From an uncultured delta proteobacterium (lineage in GTDB: Bacteria > Desulfobacterota > Syntrophobacteria > Syntrophobacterales > Syntrophobacteraceae), in NCBI GenBank assembly GCA_963808625.1, contig CAWEHK010000051.1, positions 1 through 64,000 of the forward strand: a stretch of DNA of 64,000 nucleotides. Direction: 5' to 3'. Within the stretch, counting starts at the first letter, position 1; each line of letters starts with the position of its first letter. The notes below the pieces were generated by a model. It saw only the letters and a program-made list of their open reading frames with translations, made no database searches and was not told the DNA's origin. Below are positions 20,083-30,682 of this stretch, piece after piece. The translations under genes were made by a program, and so were the position numbers.

Positions 20083-21457
20083 TTACCGGCCCCCCAGTTC
20101 ATAGAGTAACGCCGCAACCGACCGAATGCCGCACTGAAAATCTTCCAGCGAAAAATGTTCATTGGGAGAGTGCGCCCCATCATCGGGGCTTCCCCAGCCC
20201 AGCAGGAGGATACTGTCCATCCCCAGGCATTCTTTGAAAAGATTGACGATGGGTATGGAGCCCCCTTCCCGGATAAAGACCGGCTCCTTGCCAAACCCGA
20301 TTTCAATGGCTCGTTTCGCGGCCTGCACGCTCACCTCATCCCGCGAAACCAAAACCGGGTCGCAGCCATACAGATCGGTGATCGTCAGCTTCACACCGGG
20401 CGGCGTGAGGGTCTGCACGAAATCACGAAAGAGCCCGTTAATCCTCGCCTCTTTCTGTCTTGGAACCAGGCGCATGCTCACCTTGGCGCCGGCTTTGGCC
20501 GGAATGATGGTCTTCGCTCCTTCCCCGGAAAAGCCTCCCCATATCCCGTTTACATCCAGGGTCGGGCGCGTCATTTTCCGCTCCATTGCGCTGTACCCGG
20601 GCTCCCCGGACAGATGCTCAACCCCGACATAGGTTTTCAACCGCTCTTCCGAAAAAGGCAGGGAGGCGATTTCGTCTCGCTCCCATTGCGGCACGTCTTC
20701 AACATCGTCGTAAAATCCGGGGATCGCCACGCGCCCGTCGGGCTCTTTGAGCTTTGCCAGAATCTCTGCGAGGACCTGGACGGGATTGGCAATCAAGCCG
20801 CCAAATCCCCCCGAGTGCAGGTCGAAGCGAGGGCCTTGCAGATCGATATGAACATACGATAATCCTCTTAAACCGTAGGTTATGGCAGGGATTCCCCGGG
20901 CGAACTGAGAGCCGTCCGAAAGGGCGACCACGTCGGCTGTGAGTTCCCGCCGGTGTTCCTTGAGAAAAGCCTCCATACTGGGACTGCCGATCTCTTCTTC
21001 CCCTTCGGCCAGGACTTTGACGTTTACGGGGAGGGCTTTGGCGACCGCCAGAATGGCTTCCATGGCTTTGAGGTAAGTGAAGAACTGCCCTTTATCATCG
21101 GCGGCACCGCGGGCGTAAATCGAACCGTCGCGGATATTCGGATTGAAAGGGCGGCGTCAGCCACTCATCCAGAGGCTCTGGGGGCTGCACGTCGTAGTGA
21201 CCGTAAATCAGCAGAGTGGGTCGATCTTTCGCGGACAGGTATGCGCCGTAAACGATCGGATGGCGTTCCGTCTCGTAGATTCTGGCCTGCAGACCCAGTC
21301 TCTTCAAATGATCCAGGACCCATTCGGCGGCATGCTGAAGGTCGCCGGAATGGTGGGAATAGGTACTGACGCTGGGAATGGTAAGAAAGTCGAGCAGTTC
21401 GTCAACATACCGCTGGCGATTTGCCGCAATGACATTCAGAACATCATGTGGAACCAT
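20083..21457 (-). CDS. M20 family dipeptidase (frameshift near 21130)
   Basis: YGHYDVQP, ARGAADDKGQ (alternate frame), EGEEEIGS, DLHSG and GAHSPNE. Confidence 0.9.
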
Positions 21458-21653
21458 GTATTGCCTCCTCGCTCGATCTGCGAATGCCGGCGTCACAAAT
21501 CTTCTTCGCCCTCGGCGGGAACCAGATTAGCACGTTCGCTTATCTGTTGCCATCGGCTATATAATGATTTGCGGGTTGCCGAAGTCTTCTCGGGGCTTTG
21601 CGGACGTTTGTCTGCTTGTCTCTGCTGTGATTGACGAGTTGCGGAAAGAGATC

Positions 21654-22772
21654 ATGGGGGTTCATTTCAAGACGTTTTCCAGCGTGGAAGCCATTGCCAG
21701 GGAGGAATGGAACCGGCTGGCCGTTACCGCAAGTCCGATGATGGAGTGGGAGTACTTCTACGCCCTGGAGAAGTCCCGTTCGGTTTCCGACCGGAAAGGA
21801 TATTACCCGCGCCACCTTGTGGCCTACAATGACCTCGAACCCATTGCTCTCGCACCTCTCTACGAGCGGGATCGAGCGTGGGTGGAATTTGGAGATGGGG
21901 GCCTGCTCGAAATGCTGAGCGAAATGACCGGCCTCCCCTTCAGCCACGGACTTGTCGGTTCGATTCCCTACACACCGGTACCTGGCTACCAGTTCCTGCA
22001 TCACCCCGCGGTAGACCCCGTCCACGCCTCGAGGTTATTGTTGGACTATATCGATTTCTATTGTGAAAGCCAGGACCTCTCAACCTCGCGCATCTATTTC
22101 GTCTCGCCTTCGGCCCCCCACCTCGATGGGCTCTTGCGCGAGAAAGGCTACCTGCGTCTGAGCACTGAATATTCTCTGTGGTTCAATCACAGCTACGCCG
22201 GTTTTGAAGATTATCTCAGATCGTTCAAGTCGAACCGGAGGACCAAGATCAGGCGTGAGTTGCGGGAAATTCGCGAACAGGGAATCGCGATCAAAATGGT
22301 TTCCGGCGAAGACGCCCCTTCAGGGTTCTATGAACAGGTCTTTCAACTGTATCGTCGAACCTGGATCAAACACATGGGCCCCCGCGTCCCTCCTTTTCTC
22401 AACGAGGCCTTCTTTCAATCACTGGCCAAGAACTTCCTGCCCAGGAGCTCCTTCGCGGTAGCTTCCCAGGCCGACCGCACCCTTGCGATGGCCCTCTTCT
22501 ACCATAAGTCGGATACGCTCTATGGGCGCTATTGGGGCTGCTTTGAGGAGGTCCCCTTTCTGCATTTTGCGACCTGTTACTATGGGCCTATACAGTATGC
22601 CATCGAAGAGGGAATCGGCCTGATGGATCCGGGATTTGGCGGAGAACACAAGCTTCTCCGCGGTTATGAGGTCGTCCCCGTGCACCACTACGTCAAATTC
22701 TATGGGCAACGACAGCGGCGGGTGGCCTACGCCATCTTGAACCGCATGAGGGTGCAAAGCGCTGTCACCTGA
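21654..22772 (+). CDS. GNAT-fold FemAB-like protein (DUF482-like)
   Basis: IPYTPVPG, FEDYL.SFKS.RR.KIRRE, LYGRYWG and LHFATCYY. Confidence 0.85.
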   Translation: MGVHFKTFSSVEAIAREEWNRLAVTASPMMEWEYFYALEKSRSVSDRKGYYPRHLVAYNDLEPIALAPLYERDRAWVEFGDGGLLEMLSEMTGLPFSHGLVGSIPYTPVPGYQFLHHPAVDPVHASRLLLDYIDFYCESQDLSTSRIYFVSPSAPHLDGLLREKGYLRLSTEYSLWFNHSYAGFEDYLRSFKSNRRTKIRRELREIREQGIAIKMVSGEDAPSGFYEQVFQLYRRTWIKHMGPRVPPFLNEAFFQSLAKNFLPRSSFAVASQADRTLAMALFYHKSDTLYGRYWGCFEEVPFLHFATCYYGPIQYAIEEGIGLMDPGFGGEHKLLRGYEVVPVHHYVKFYGQRQRRVAYAILNRMRVQSAVT

Positions 22773-22914
22773 AAAAATGAATCTCATATGTCGCACAAAG
22801 AACCGCAGAATATCGAAGGAGAATAAGGATTTTGATCTTGACAAGCGGTGAGACCAATTAGCTTGATGCATAGGGGGGACAACCTGACGCACTTTGGGAC
22901 GAGATCGGACACCC

Positions 22915-22985
22915 AAAAAAAGAGAGAGCCAGGAAGGAGGGGGGGACCTGGCTCTCTCAGGAGGAGGAAAGATGTTCTTTCCGGT
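22915..22985 (-). ncRNA. Candidate small RNA with anti-Shine-Dalgarno (CCUCC) motifs and a terminator
   Basis: Minus strand CUUUCCUCCUCCU, then a 12-bp stem GAGAGAGCCAGG/CCUGGCUCUCUC with a C-rich loop containing CCUCCUU, then U7. Lies in an intergenic gap. Confidence 0.5.
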
Positions 22986-23280
22986 TGCATACTAACATAT
23001 GGGTCAAGAAATGAAAATACTTTTTCAATGACACGCAAAAACTTTTTTCTTGTTTCTTCTCGTTTGCATTTTCGCAATATTCCTGACGATTTCAGGCAGA
23101 GCTCGAACCGAGTCCTCCGGTCACCTCTTTGCGATGCCTCTCAGGGCTTGCAAGAAGATTATTGGGGTATCCAGAGCCGGGATTTCAGGGTACAAGGATA
23201 TCCGGGTCCTTTTGTTTTGAAGCAGTCACCGGGGCGATACGGATGATGCCCAAGGCATTTTTGCAGCAGGGAACGCGGTC

Positions 23281-23775
23281 ATGAAAAGAGTAACCCTTGA
23301 GAACGAAATCCTGGGTCGGCAGATCAAACCAAGATCAAAGCGCATTGCCCTGGTGGCTTTTCTTTGCCTGGTTTTTGTTGTTTCGTCAGGAGCTTATGCG
23401 GCATCGACAGACGAGAGGCTGGTCAGCAAGTTTGTGGGGAAAAACTGGGTCAACGGGCGTTCGTGGGAGAAACTCGACTACTCGGGCAAGCTGGGATTTG
23501 TGTGCGGCCTGTTTGACGGGATTACGCTCTTCTGGTCTGCTGCTGAAGGGGGAAAAAAGGGCGACCTGGATGCCGTCTACCACGGGCTAAGTATCCCCTC
23601 ATCCCTCACGGTTGGGGATGTCGTAAAGGGCATGGACGAGTTTTACGAAGATGCCGCCAACACCATGCTCCCTGCCATCTGTGCCTACCTGTACTACGCC
23701 AACAAGTCGCGGGGCGAACCCGGCGAATCCCTGGGAAAACGCCTCGCGCTCTGGCGCAGAATGTTCGACCGCTAA
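23281..23775 (+). CDS. Hypothetical exported protein
   Basis: 164 aa with a signal-peptide-like segment (IALVAFLCLVFVVSSGAYA). Confidence 0.7.
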   Translation: MKRVTLENEILGRQIKPRSKRIALVAFLCLVFVVSSGAYAASTDERLVSKFVGKNWVNGRSWEKLDYSGKLGFVCGLFDGITLFWSAAEGGKKGDLDAVYHGLSIPSSLTVGDVVKGMDEFYEDAANTMLPAICAYLYYANKSRGEPGESLGKRLALWRRMFDR

Positions 23776-23890
23776 AGTGCCCTCGCTCAACTTAGAAACC
23801 ACAGTGCTCCCGCCGGCGGCATCCCGAAAAACGCCTTGGCCCCGCAAAACTGCCTGGCTAGTTCTCATCCGGAAAGTGGCGCCTTGTTCT

Positions 23891-23936
23891 GTAGGAGGGG
23901 CTTCCAGCCCCGATCGCGGCTGGAAGCCCCTCCTAC
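23891..23936. repeat. GTAG-type REP palindrome between convergent genes
   Basis: GTAGGAGGGGCTTCCAGCC...GGCTGGAAGCCCCTCCTAC. Confidence 0.85.
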
Positions 23937-23963
23937 AAAATGGGGTTTCCGGATGGACACCAG

Positions 23964-24557
23964 CTACTCTCGCCGGGACGGCTTTACTTCGTAAAGACCT
24001 ATGGCATTCAAGGCATAGGAGTTGAGTTCGGCCTCCGCCTTGCTGAGGGCCTCGACGGTCCCGAAGATGGCTTCCGCCTGAGCGTATCGGTTCGCTGACA
24101 GCTCCATAAAAACGGCCTCCAGATACAGCGCCTGGAGCGACGACAAACGCCCGATGAGACCGATACGGCGTGCTTCGGAAATGCTGCAGCGATCGGCCAG
24201 AGACCGGTAGTACAGAAAAAGGTCCTCCCCCGAATCCCCCCATTGCGCAGTCCACTCATCAAGCGCCTTTTGCAGGCCCTGATCAACGGCGAGGTCGTCT
24301 TCGAGATCGGCACGGGAGGTTGTGAAAGCAATGACCGTCTCCATCTCGCTCCAGCCCGGGTGGTCGTAGAGCGCCTCGATGTCTTGAAGAAGGACCTCAA
24401 GCCTGGAGTAGAAGGCGGTTGCGTCCACGGTCCAACCGTCCAGAGCGGTATTGCCTTCCAGAAGCCTTGCCTCGATTCTCGGATTTGGTTTCGGCAATGT
24501 CGCACAGGCCGCCAGGCTCAACAGAACCAGACCACCAACCATCAGGTTACGGAGCAT
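23964..24557 (-). CDS. Hypothetical lipoprotein
   Basis: Lipobox LSLAAC after a hydrophobic N-terminus. Confidence 0.75.
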   Translation of the reverse strand: MLRNLMVGGLVLLSLAACATLPKPNPRIEARLLEGNTALDGWTVDATAFYSRLEVLLQDIEALYDHPGWSEMETVIAFTTSRADLEDDLAVDQGLQKALDEWTAQWGDSGEDLFLYYRSLADRCSISEARRIGLIGRLSSLQALYLEAVFMELSANRYAQAEAIFGTVEALSKAEAELNSYALNAIGLYEVKPSRRE

Positions 24558-24572
24558 GATGTGGAGATCTCC

Positions 24573-25469
24573 TCATTTATTCATATCGATCCGGCTGACT
24601 ATGCAGGCGCGACAGGAGCCGGAACGAACGCGCGCAGCATCAGCAAGAGTCACGATGCCAACGATGTTTACGGGGCTGTCCTTGTGGACGTAAAGAGTGT
24701 CCAGGTCGTAAAAGATCATCCTTTTGACGGCCATGAGCAGGGGTTCATCGTGGTCGGAGGAGAGCACGGGTGCATTCATGACCGTTTTTGCGCCGACACC
24801 GGAGGGGATGCCGTGCATGTAGGCAAGAATCAGATCGGTTGTCGAAACCACCCCGAGGGGGAGATCATTATGGCCCTTTATGAGGACCGTCCGGGAATGA
24901 TGGGCCGAAGTACTCTCCATTACCTGCATCAGGCTGTCATCTTCGCCATGGACCTCGAATGCGGGGTTCATCAACTCGCAGACTTTAAAATAGTCCGCAA
25001 GTTTGCCGGGCGGTCCCGAAGCCTGCACCCTGAGCGTGCTTCGTTCACAGCGATGGCAGTAGCGGTAAAGCATCCCCAGGATGTCGGGATAGGCCAGGAC
25101 CCCAACGACCCTGTTGGGGTCATCTCCAACCACATAAAGGCGATGGACCTGGGCACTGCGCATTGCATCGAGAGCGGAATCCAGGGAACTATGCAGGTGG
25201 CAGATGATCGGGGGGGCCGCCATGATGGCATCCAAAGGGGTGGTAATGGGCAAGCCGGCATAATAGGCCCCCAGAATGTCGGTCTTCGAAACGACACCGA
25301 TGGCTTCATTGTTCTTATCGACGATCAACACGGCATTGATCTTGTACTTGATGGTATGCCTGATGGCCTGCTGGATCGAGGCATTGCGATCCAGGTAGCA
25401 GATCAGCCTTCGCATCGCTCCGCGGACCGTCTGCCCACTCAAGGCACTCATGCGGTCGATAATCGCCAT
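24573..25469 (-). CDS. CBS-domain protein (two CBS pairs)
   Basis: Repeated IGVVSKTD, VVGVLAYPD, LGVVSTTD and IVGIVTLAD, with CHRC and CRAC motifs. Confidence 0.85.
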   Translation of the reverse strand: MAIIDRMSALSGQTVRGAMRRLICYLDRNASIQQAIRHTIKYKINAVLIVDKNNEAIGVVSKTDILGAYYAGLPITTPLDAIMAAPPIICHLHSSLDSALDAMRSAQVHRLYVVGDDPNRVVGVLAYPDILGMLYRYCHRCERSTLRVQASGPPGKLADYFKVCELMNPAFEVHGEDDSLMQVMESTSAHHSRTVLIKGHNDLPLGVVSTTDLILAYMHGIPSGVGAKTVMNAPVLSSDHDEPLLMAVKRMIFYDLDTLYVHKDSPVNIVGIVTLADAARVRSGSCRACIVSRIDMNK

Positions 25470-25496
25470 CGCTTTTCCTGAGGCTGAGTCCTGAGG

Positions 25497-25967
25497 TCAG
25501 CTAATGAGTTTTTCCATCAACTCGTAAAAAACCGTCGACGTGTAGACAATGCCGATGACCTTGCCGTCCTCGACTACGGGCAAGCGACGAATGTGTTTCT
25601 TAATCATGATGTCCAGGATCATGAGGAGATGCGTATCCGGCGTTATGGTAACGACGTCGGTGGTCATGACGTCCCCGACCAGGATGGGCCGCGCGCGGCG
25701 GCAGGCTTCTTCAATGAAACCGGTGACGTCAATGTCGCTCATTTCCCCCCAGATATGGATGTTCTTGGGGCGCATGAGGAGCAGCATGTCATATATGGAG
25801 AGCATGCCCACCAATTGCCCTCTGCCGTCTGTCACCATTAAGCCGAAAACCTTTTGCCTTCGGTGTTTGCTGGCCTGCTTAAAGGCTTTGACCGCATCTG
25901 CGATGGTTGTTTCCGGATGGACCGTATGGAACTCCGCGTCCATCACTTGACGTGCTGTCACACCCAT
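25497..25967 (-). CDS. CBS-domain protein
   Basis: VGDVMTTDVVTITPD..IRRLPVVEDGKVIGIV. Confidence 0.9.
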   Translation of the reverse strand: MGVTARQVMDAEFHTVHPETTIADAVKAFKQASKHRRQKVFGLMVTDGRGQLVGMLSIYDMLLLMRPKNIHIWGEMSDIDVTGFIEEACRRARPILVGDVMTTDVVTITPDTHLLMILDIMIKKHIRRLPVVEDGKVIGIVYTSTVFYELMEKLIS

Positions 25968-26250
25968 ACGACCTCCTTATTCGCTTTCGAGTTGCATCGA
26001 GGCTACTCTTCGCCGCAAGTTCTTGTATCATGATGGACTTTACTGTCAATGTCCTTTTGCGCCCGGCACGCTTGAGGCACGCATTCGGTCAATACAGGAG
26101 TTTTCGGATGGCGGCCGGGCGCGAAATCAATGGTAAAAGACGAAGAGGCCTCGCCAGGATTGCGCATGAGGAGACTCATGGTTATTGAAGGGGGACTCAC
26201 CCGACCGGGGTGCATCAAGAACGGCATTCATAATCTCTTATGGAGCGACG

Positions 26251-27105
26251 ATGGGGAATCAGGAGAGACGTTCAATTTTATGCCCTAACTGTAAAAAACT
26301 CATCAGCATTGACCAATCGCCTTGTCCACACTGTGGCTTGCGGAATCCGGGGTCCCCCTGGCGGAATAATTTTCTGACCAAAGGCTTCCGCGATGGTGAC
26401 CAGCTCATCAAGAATATTATATACGTCAATGCTGCCATGTTCATCTTGTCGGTGATCATGAGTCCCACCTCCACCCAGTTTTCCATGAATCCATTCGCTT
26501 TTCTCTCTCCCGGCGATCGCAGCCTGCTGCTCCTGGGAGCGACAGGGAGCCTCCCCATTGACAAATTTCATCGCTGGTGGACGCTCCTATCCGCTAATTA
26601 TCTGCACGCAAGCATCCTCCACATCCTTTTCAACATGATGGCGTTTCATCAAATCGCCCCTCTTATTCTCCAGGAATATGGCGTATACAGGATGGTCTCC
26701 ATTTTCACCCTCAGCGGCGTCGGCGGTTACGTGGTTTCCTACTTCGCCGGAGTCCCCTTTACCCTGGGCGCCTCCGCAGCCGTTTGCGGTCTTATCGGTG
26801 CGGCCCTCTATTACGGAAAGAGCAGAGGAGGATACTTTGGTGAAATGGTCTATCGACAGATCGGCGGTTGGGTCATTGGGATCTTCATTTTCGGTTTCTT
26901 ATTTCCGGGGATCAACAATTGGGCCCACGGCGGCGGGTTGATTTGCGGCATTCTAACCGGAGCTCTCCTCGGCTATCGGGAGCGAAACAGTGAAACCTCC
27001 TTTCATAAGATTGTGGCCGCCGTCTGTATCCTGGCTACCGTTGCAGCGCTTCTCTGGGGAGTCGGTACCTCTCTTTTGATTCTTATGCAAAGTTCCATGT
27101 CATGA
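26251..27105 (+). CDS. Rhomboid family intramembrane serine protease with an N-terminal zinc ribbon
   Basis: CPNC..CPHC, WW..LSANYLH..HILFNM, GAS and NWAHGGG. Confidence 0.9.
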   Translation: MGNQERRSILCPNCKKLISIDQSPCPHCGLRNPGSPWRNNFLTKGFRDGDQLIKNIIYVNAAMFILSVIMSPTSTQFSMNPFAFLSPGDRSLLLLGATGSLPIDKFHRWWTLLSANYLHASILHILFNMMAFHQIAPLILQEYGVYRMVSIFTLSGVGGYVVSYFAGVPFTLGASAAVCGLIGAALYYGKSRGGYFGEMVYRQIGGWVIGIFIFGFLFPGINNWAHGGGLICGILTGALLGYRERNSETSFHKIVAAVCILATVAALLWGVGTSLLILMQSSMS

Positions 27106-27141
27106 TTTCATCGGAACAAGCATTTAAGGAGGATTGCTGCC

Positions 27142-27357
27142 ATGCCTTACGTGAATATCAAGATAACGAGGGAAGGCGCCACTGCGGAACAGAAAGCGGA
27201 GCTCATCCGGGGAGTAACCAATTTGCTCGCCGATATTCTGGGGAAAAATCCTCAAACGACGGTCGTGGTTATAGATGAGGTTGAAACCGACAACTGGGGA
27301 ATTGGTGGCGAGACCGTCACGGTGCGCCGAAAGCGTGAATTTAAATCATGCCCTTGA
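27142..27357 (+). CDS. 4-oxalocrotonate tautomerase family protein
   Basis: N-terminal Pro (MPYVNIKI), EQKAELI.GVT and NWGIGG. Confidence 0.92.
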   Translation: MPYVNIKITREGATAEQKAELIRGVTNLLADILGKNPQTTVVVIDEVETDNWGIGGETVTVRRKREFKSCP

Positions 27358-28135
27358 CCTTCAACCAGGCCAATCCCAGGTATTCGTAGAACGCTCTCGT
27401 GGCTTTGGCAAGGGCGGACGGTGTCGGGAATAACAAATCCTGGATCGAGGTATCGGTATCTCGAACCAGGAAGTCGGTAGGCGCAGGGAGTGGATGCATC
27501 CCGAAACTTTCAAATAACCTCATGGAACGGAACATGTGCGATGCCGACGTGACAAGGATGAAGTCGTCCTTCTGCACCAGAGGCTTGAGCAAGCGCGCCT
27601 CGTCTTCGGTATCCCAGGATTGGTCCTCCACAACAATATCGTGGTGAGGCACCCCCAGGGCCTGGGCGACGTTCGACATGACTTCTGCGTCAGAGATCGT
27701 ACCGTCCACTCGTCCTCCGGAGACAATGAGCTTGCTGCCCGGGTTCTTCCTGTGGAGAAGCACCCCCTCGACGAGACGGACCATGGTGGTGGGATCGAGT
27801 TGACTTGAAAGAGGGATATCGGGGTCCGCCGCGTGTCCTCCACCCAGCACCACCACCCATTTAACCGGAACGGCCGGCGGTCGCACTTGCAGCTCGCTGG
27901 TCCTGGCAGGGCTAAAGGGCTGATACGTGCGCTCCAATCCTCTCAGCAAACCTCCCGAAAACTCATCATAGCTGAACAGAAACAACAAGACTGCCCCGAT
28001 GGTAACCACGATCCTGCCTGCCTTCTGCTTCTTCGTGAACCAGAGCAGGAACAGTCCCACCGCAAGGATCGCAAGGCAGAGCGGCAGGGGAAAGAAAAAC
28101 CGGGAAACCAATTTCTTAAGAATGAAACCGTCCAT
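27341..28135 (-). CDS. DUF218 / ElyC-YdcF family protein
   Basis: VVVLGGG, RLVEG, VSGG, SWDTEDEA, LVTSASHMFRS and YEYLG. Confidence 0.88.
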   Translation of the reverse strand: MDGFILKKLVSRFFFPLPLCLAILAVGLFLLWFTKKQKAGRIVVTIGAVLLFLFSYDEFSGGLLRGLERTYQPFSPARTSELQVRPPAVPVKWVVVLGGGHAADPDIPLSSQLDPTTMVRLVEGVLLHRKNPGSKLIVSGGRVDGTISDAEVMSNVAQALGVPHHDIVVEDQSWDTEDEARLLKPLVQKDDFILVTSASHMFRSMRLFESFGMHPLPAPTDFLVRDTDTSIQDLLFPTPSALAKATRAFYEYLGLAWLKVKGMI

Positions 28136-28550
28136 TTGCGGCGACTTCTCCCATCCGATAACGTCTTCAATCGGGTTTATCCAAGAGCAGAAAATCCCTC
28201 ACACTTCCCAACGCTCTGAGGCGCTCTTCTCCCCGCCGAACCTCATCCACGCTGGAAGAATGGAATCAGTCCTGACCGTCCGGCCTTCAGCGGGTTACGG
28301 GCAAGGCCACCCTTGAGAGACTCCAGGATCCTTCCCTTAATCACTATCGCATGGTGTCACGATTTGTCGATGGTGCTGTCCTGGGGACCCGATTATAACG
28401 TCAACCACTGATCGAAGGCACGGAAAATTGTTTTCAAAATTGGAGCCGACTGAATGTGCCCCTCGGCTCTGCATGAAATGGACACCAATGGCCCCCGTCG
28501 ATGGTGCCTGGAGACTAAGGGACCGTCCAAAAATAAAAGGCATGTCTTTT

Positions 28551-28620
28551 ACCACGAGGAGACGCGGAGATCGCAGAGAAAGACCATTCTCATAGTTCTT
28601 CGTGTCCTTCGCGGCTCGAA
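28551..28620. repeat. Short-period inverted repeat element (ACCACGAGGAGACGCGGAG.../CTTCGTGTCCTTCGCGG)
   Basis: Imperfect inverted 8-9-mer repeats similar in style to 37306-37381 and 60303-60363. Confidence 0.45.
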
Positions 28621-28854
28621 AAAGGGCTGAAAATGAGAACTCTGTACCTTTGGCAGTTCTAAGTGAAGACAAATCGGCGCAGAAGAGGGTAATGGTGCCA
28701 GGCACGAATTGTTGAAATGAATTATTGCCTTTCCGGTTCCCTGGGGTAATGAGAGAAAAGCGTCATCCGAGGCAATTCCCTGAGTTTTTGGTTTCCCGGG
28801 GCTGAGCGAAGCCAGAAATTCAGACGTTGCAAGAGCTTGCAGGGGGAGGAGAAG

Positions 28855-29298
28855 ATGGAGCAACTACTGAAGGCGTTTCCGGTGATCGTGGAAATCCCCG
28901 TAGCCTGGGGAGAAATGGATGCTCTCGGGCACGTGAACAATGTCGTCTACTTTCGTTATTTTGAAAATGCCCGTATCGCCTATTTTGAAAAGATGAAATT
29001 TTGGGAATTTATGAAGCAGACCGGAATCGGACCCATTCTTGCCGCGACACAATGCACGTTCAAGGCGCCGTTGTCGTTCCCGGACCACGTTCTGGTGGGA
29101 ACGAGGACCTCGGAAATCAAAGAGGATCGCTTTATTATGCAATATGTTCTGGTCAGCCGGAGTCTCCGCAAAGTTGCCGCCGAGGGAGAAGCCGTCATGG
29201 TCACCTACGATTACCGGGACAAGAAAAAGACACCAGTGCCTGAAGAGCTGAGACGGTATATTTCGGATCTTGAGAATTCTGTCGAAGAGAGCGGATAG
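28855..29298 (+). CDS. Acyl-CoA thioesterase (4HBT/YbgC-like)
   Basis: VAWGEMDALGHVNNVVYFRYFENAR. Confidence 0.92.
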   Translation: MEQLLKAFPVIVEIPVAWGEMDALGHVNNVVYFRYFENARIAYFEKMKFWEFMKQTGIGPILAATQCTFKAPLSFPDHVLVGTRTSEIKEDRFIMQYVLVSRSLRKVAAEGEAVMVTYDYRDKKKTPVPEELRRYISDLENSVEESG

Positions 29299-29361
29299 CT
29301 TGAAATCCCAGAATTCACATGTCCGGTTTTGAGCTGTGACTTTGACGGGGATGGTGCACTG

Positions 29362-30054
29362 ATGAACGGCTATATTCTCTTGGAAGGCGGGGCCGAGTTC
29401 GGCGGACGGATGGCCGAACCGGACCGGCACGCGATCGAGCTTGCCGGGGGTTGGGATGTTCAGGTGAGCATCATTCCTGCGGCCGCCGCTCCCGACAACA
29501 ATCATGAGCGTGCCGGGCAAACCGGTGTCCGCTGGTTCGAGCAATTGGGCGCAAGGGACGCGAGGTCTTTGCCGCTTATTGATCAAGCCTCAGCCAACCA
29601 GGCCTCCCTCGCGGCATCCTTGCGACATTCCCGCCTCATCTACCTTCTCGGCGGCTTTCCGCATTACCTTGCGCAGACCCTCGCCGGCAGTGTAAGCTGG
29701 CAGGCGATTCTCGAAGCTTACCGGGCGGGAGCTGTCGTCGCAGGGAGCAGCGCCGGAGCAATGGTCTTATGCCGGCACTATTATGATCCGGGAACCGCAG
29801 GCATTATCGATGGCTTGAATTTGGTCCCCAAGGCTTGCCTTATTCCTCATCATGATACGTTTGGCAGGAGTTGGGTGTCGCCGTTGATGAAATCACTTCC
29901 AACTGAAGATGCAATTATCGGGATTGATGAAGAAACCGGAATGATTGATGATGGTGCGGATGGTCAATGGTGTGTTTACGGGAAAGGGTCGGTGACGATC
30001 TACCGCGATCGCGAAGTCCACAGTTATCGTCCTGGAGAGACATTCTTTCTGTAA
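29362..30054 (+). CDS. Peptidase S51 / cyanophycinase-like protein
   Basis: LEGGAEF, IYLLGG, GSSAGAM nucleophile elbow, IPHH and GIDEETG. Confidence 0.85.
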   Translation: MNGYILLEGGAEFGGRMAEPDRHAIELAGGWDVQVSIIPAAAAPDNNHERAGQTGVRWFEQLGARDARSLPLIDQASANQASLAASLRHSRLIYLLGGFPHYLAQTLAGSVSWQAILEAYRAGAVVAGSSAGAMVLCRHYYDPGTAGIIDGLNLVPKACLIPHHDTFGRSWVSPLMKSLPTEDAIIGIDEETGMIDDGADGQWCVYGKGSVTIYRDREVHSYRPGETFFL

Positions 30055-30101
30055 GTGACCGCAACGCAGCAAGGCGGTCATACCGGGAGAACAGAAAGGG
30101 C

Positions 30102-30635
30102 ATGGCAAGGGTTATGACCACACGAAAGAGGGTTATCCTGGTTCTTTTCATTATCGGTTCATGCCTTGCCGGTGATCAAATCACCAAGGAGATGGCCCAG
30201 TCTCACCTGCCGCGCACGAAGGTATTCTCCTTTGCCGGTGATACTCTGCGATTTGATTACACTGAAAACAAGGGTGCGGTCCTCAGTTTTGAATACTGCC
30301 TGCCGGAAGAGTTGCGCGGGTCGGTCTTGACGGTCGCCGTCGCCGCGTTCCTGGGTCTGCTCATCCTCGTTCTGCTGTTTACACCCGTTCTGAGGCTTCC
30401 TTCGGTGGTGGCGCTGTCACTCATTTGCGGTGGCAGCCTCAGCAACCTGCTTGACCGCATTGCCTTTGGGGGCGACGTGGTCGACTTCGTGAGCCTTGGT
30501 TGGGGCGGATTTCGCAGCGCCATTTTCAATGTTGCCGATGCCGCCATTACCATTGGTGCGGTGCTTTTGGTCGTCAGTATTGTATGGTCTCTTCGACCGT
30601 CGGCTTCGGCGAGGCCCGTCCAGCCGTTTTGCTGA
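30102..30635 (+). CDS. lspA: Lipoprotein signal peptidase II
   Basis: DQITK, NKGA, GGSLSNLLDR, VVDF and FNVAD. Confidence 0.9.
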   Translation: MARVMTTRKRVILVLFIIGSCLAGDQITKEMAQSHLPRTKVFSFAGDTLRFDYTENKGAVLSFEYCLPEELRGSVLTVAVAAFLGLLILVLLFTPVLRLPSVVALSLICGGSLSNLLDRIAFGGDVVDFVSLGWGGFRSAIFNVADAAITIGAVLLVVSIVWSLRPSASARPVQPFC

Positions 30636-30682
30636 AGCTCGTGGAGCCTGGATCATTCTCAGAGAAAGGCTGTTGTCCGCTT

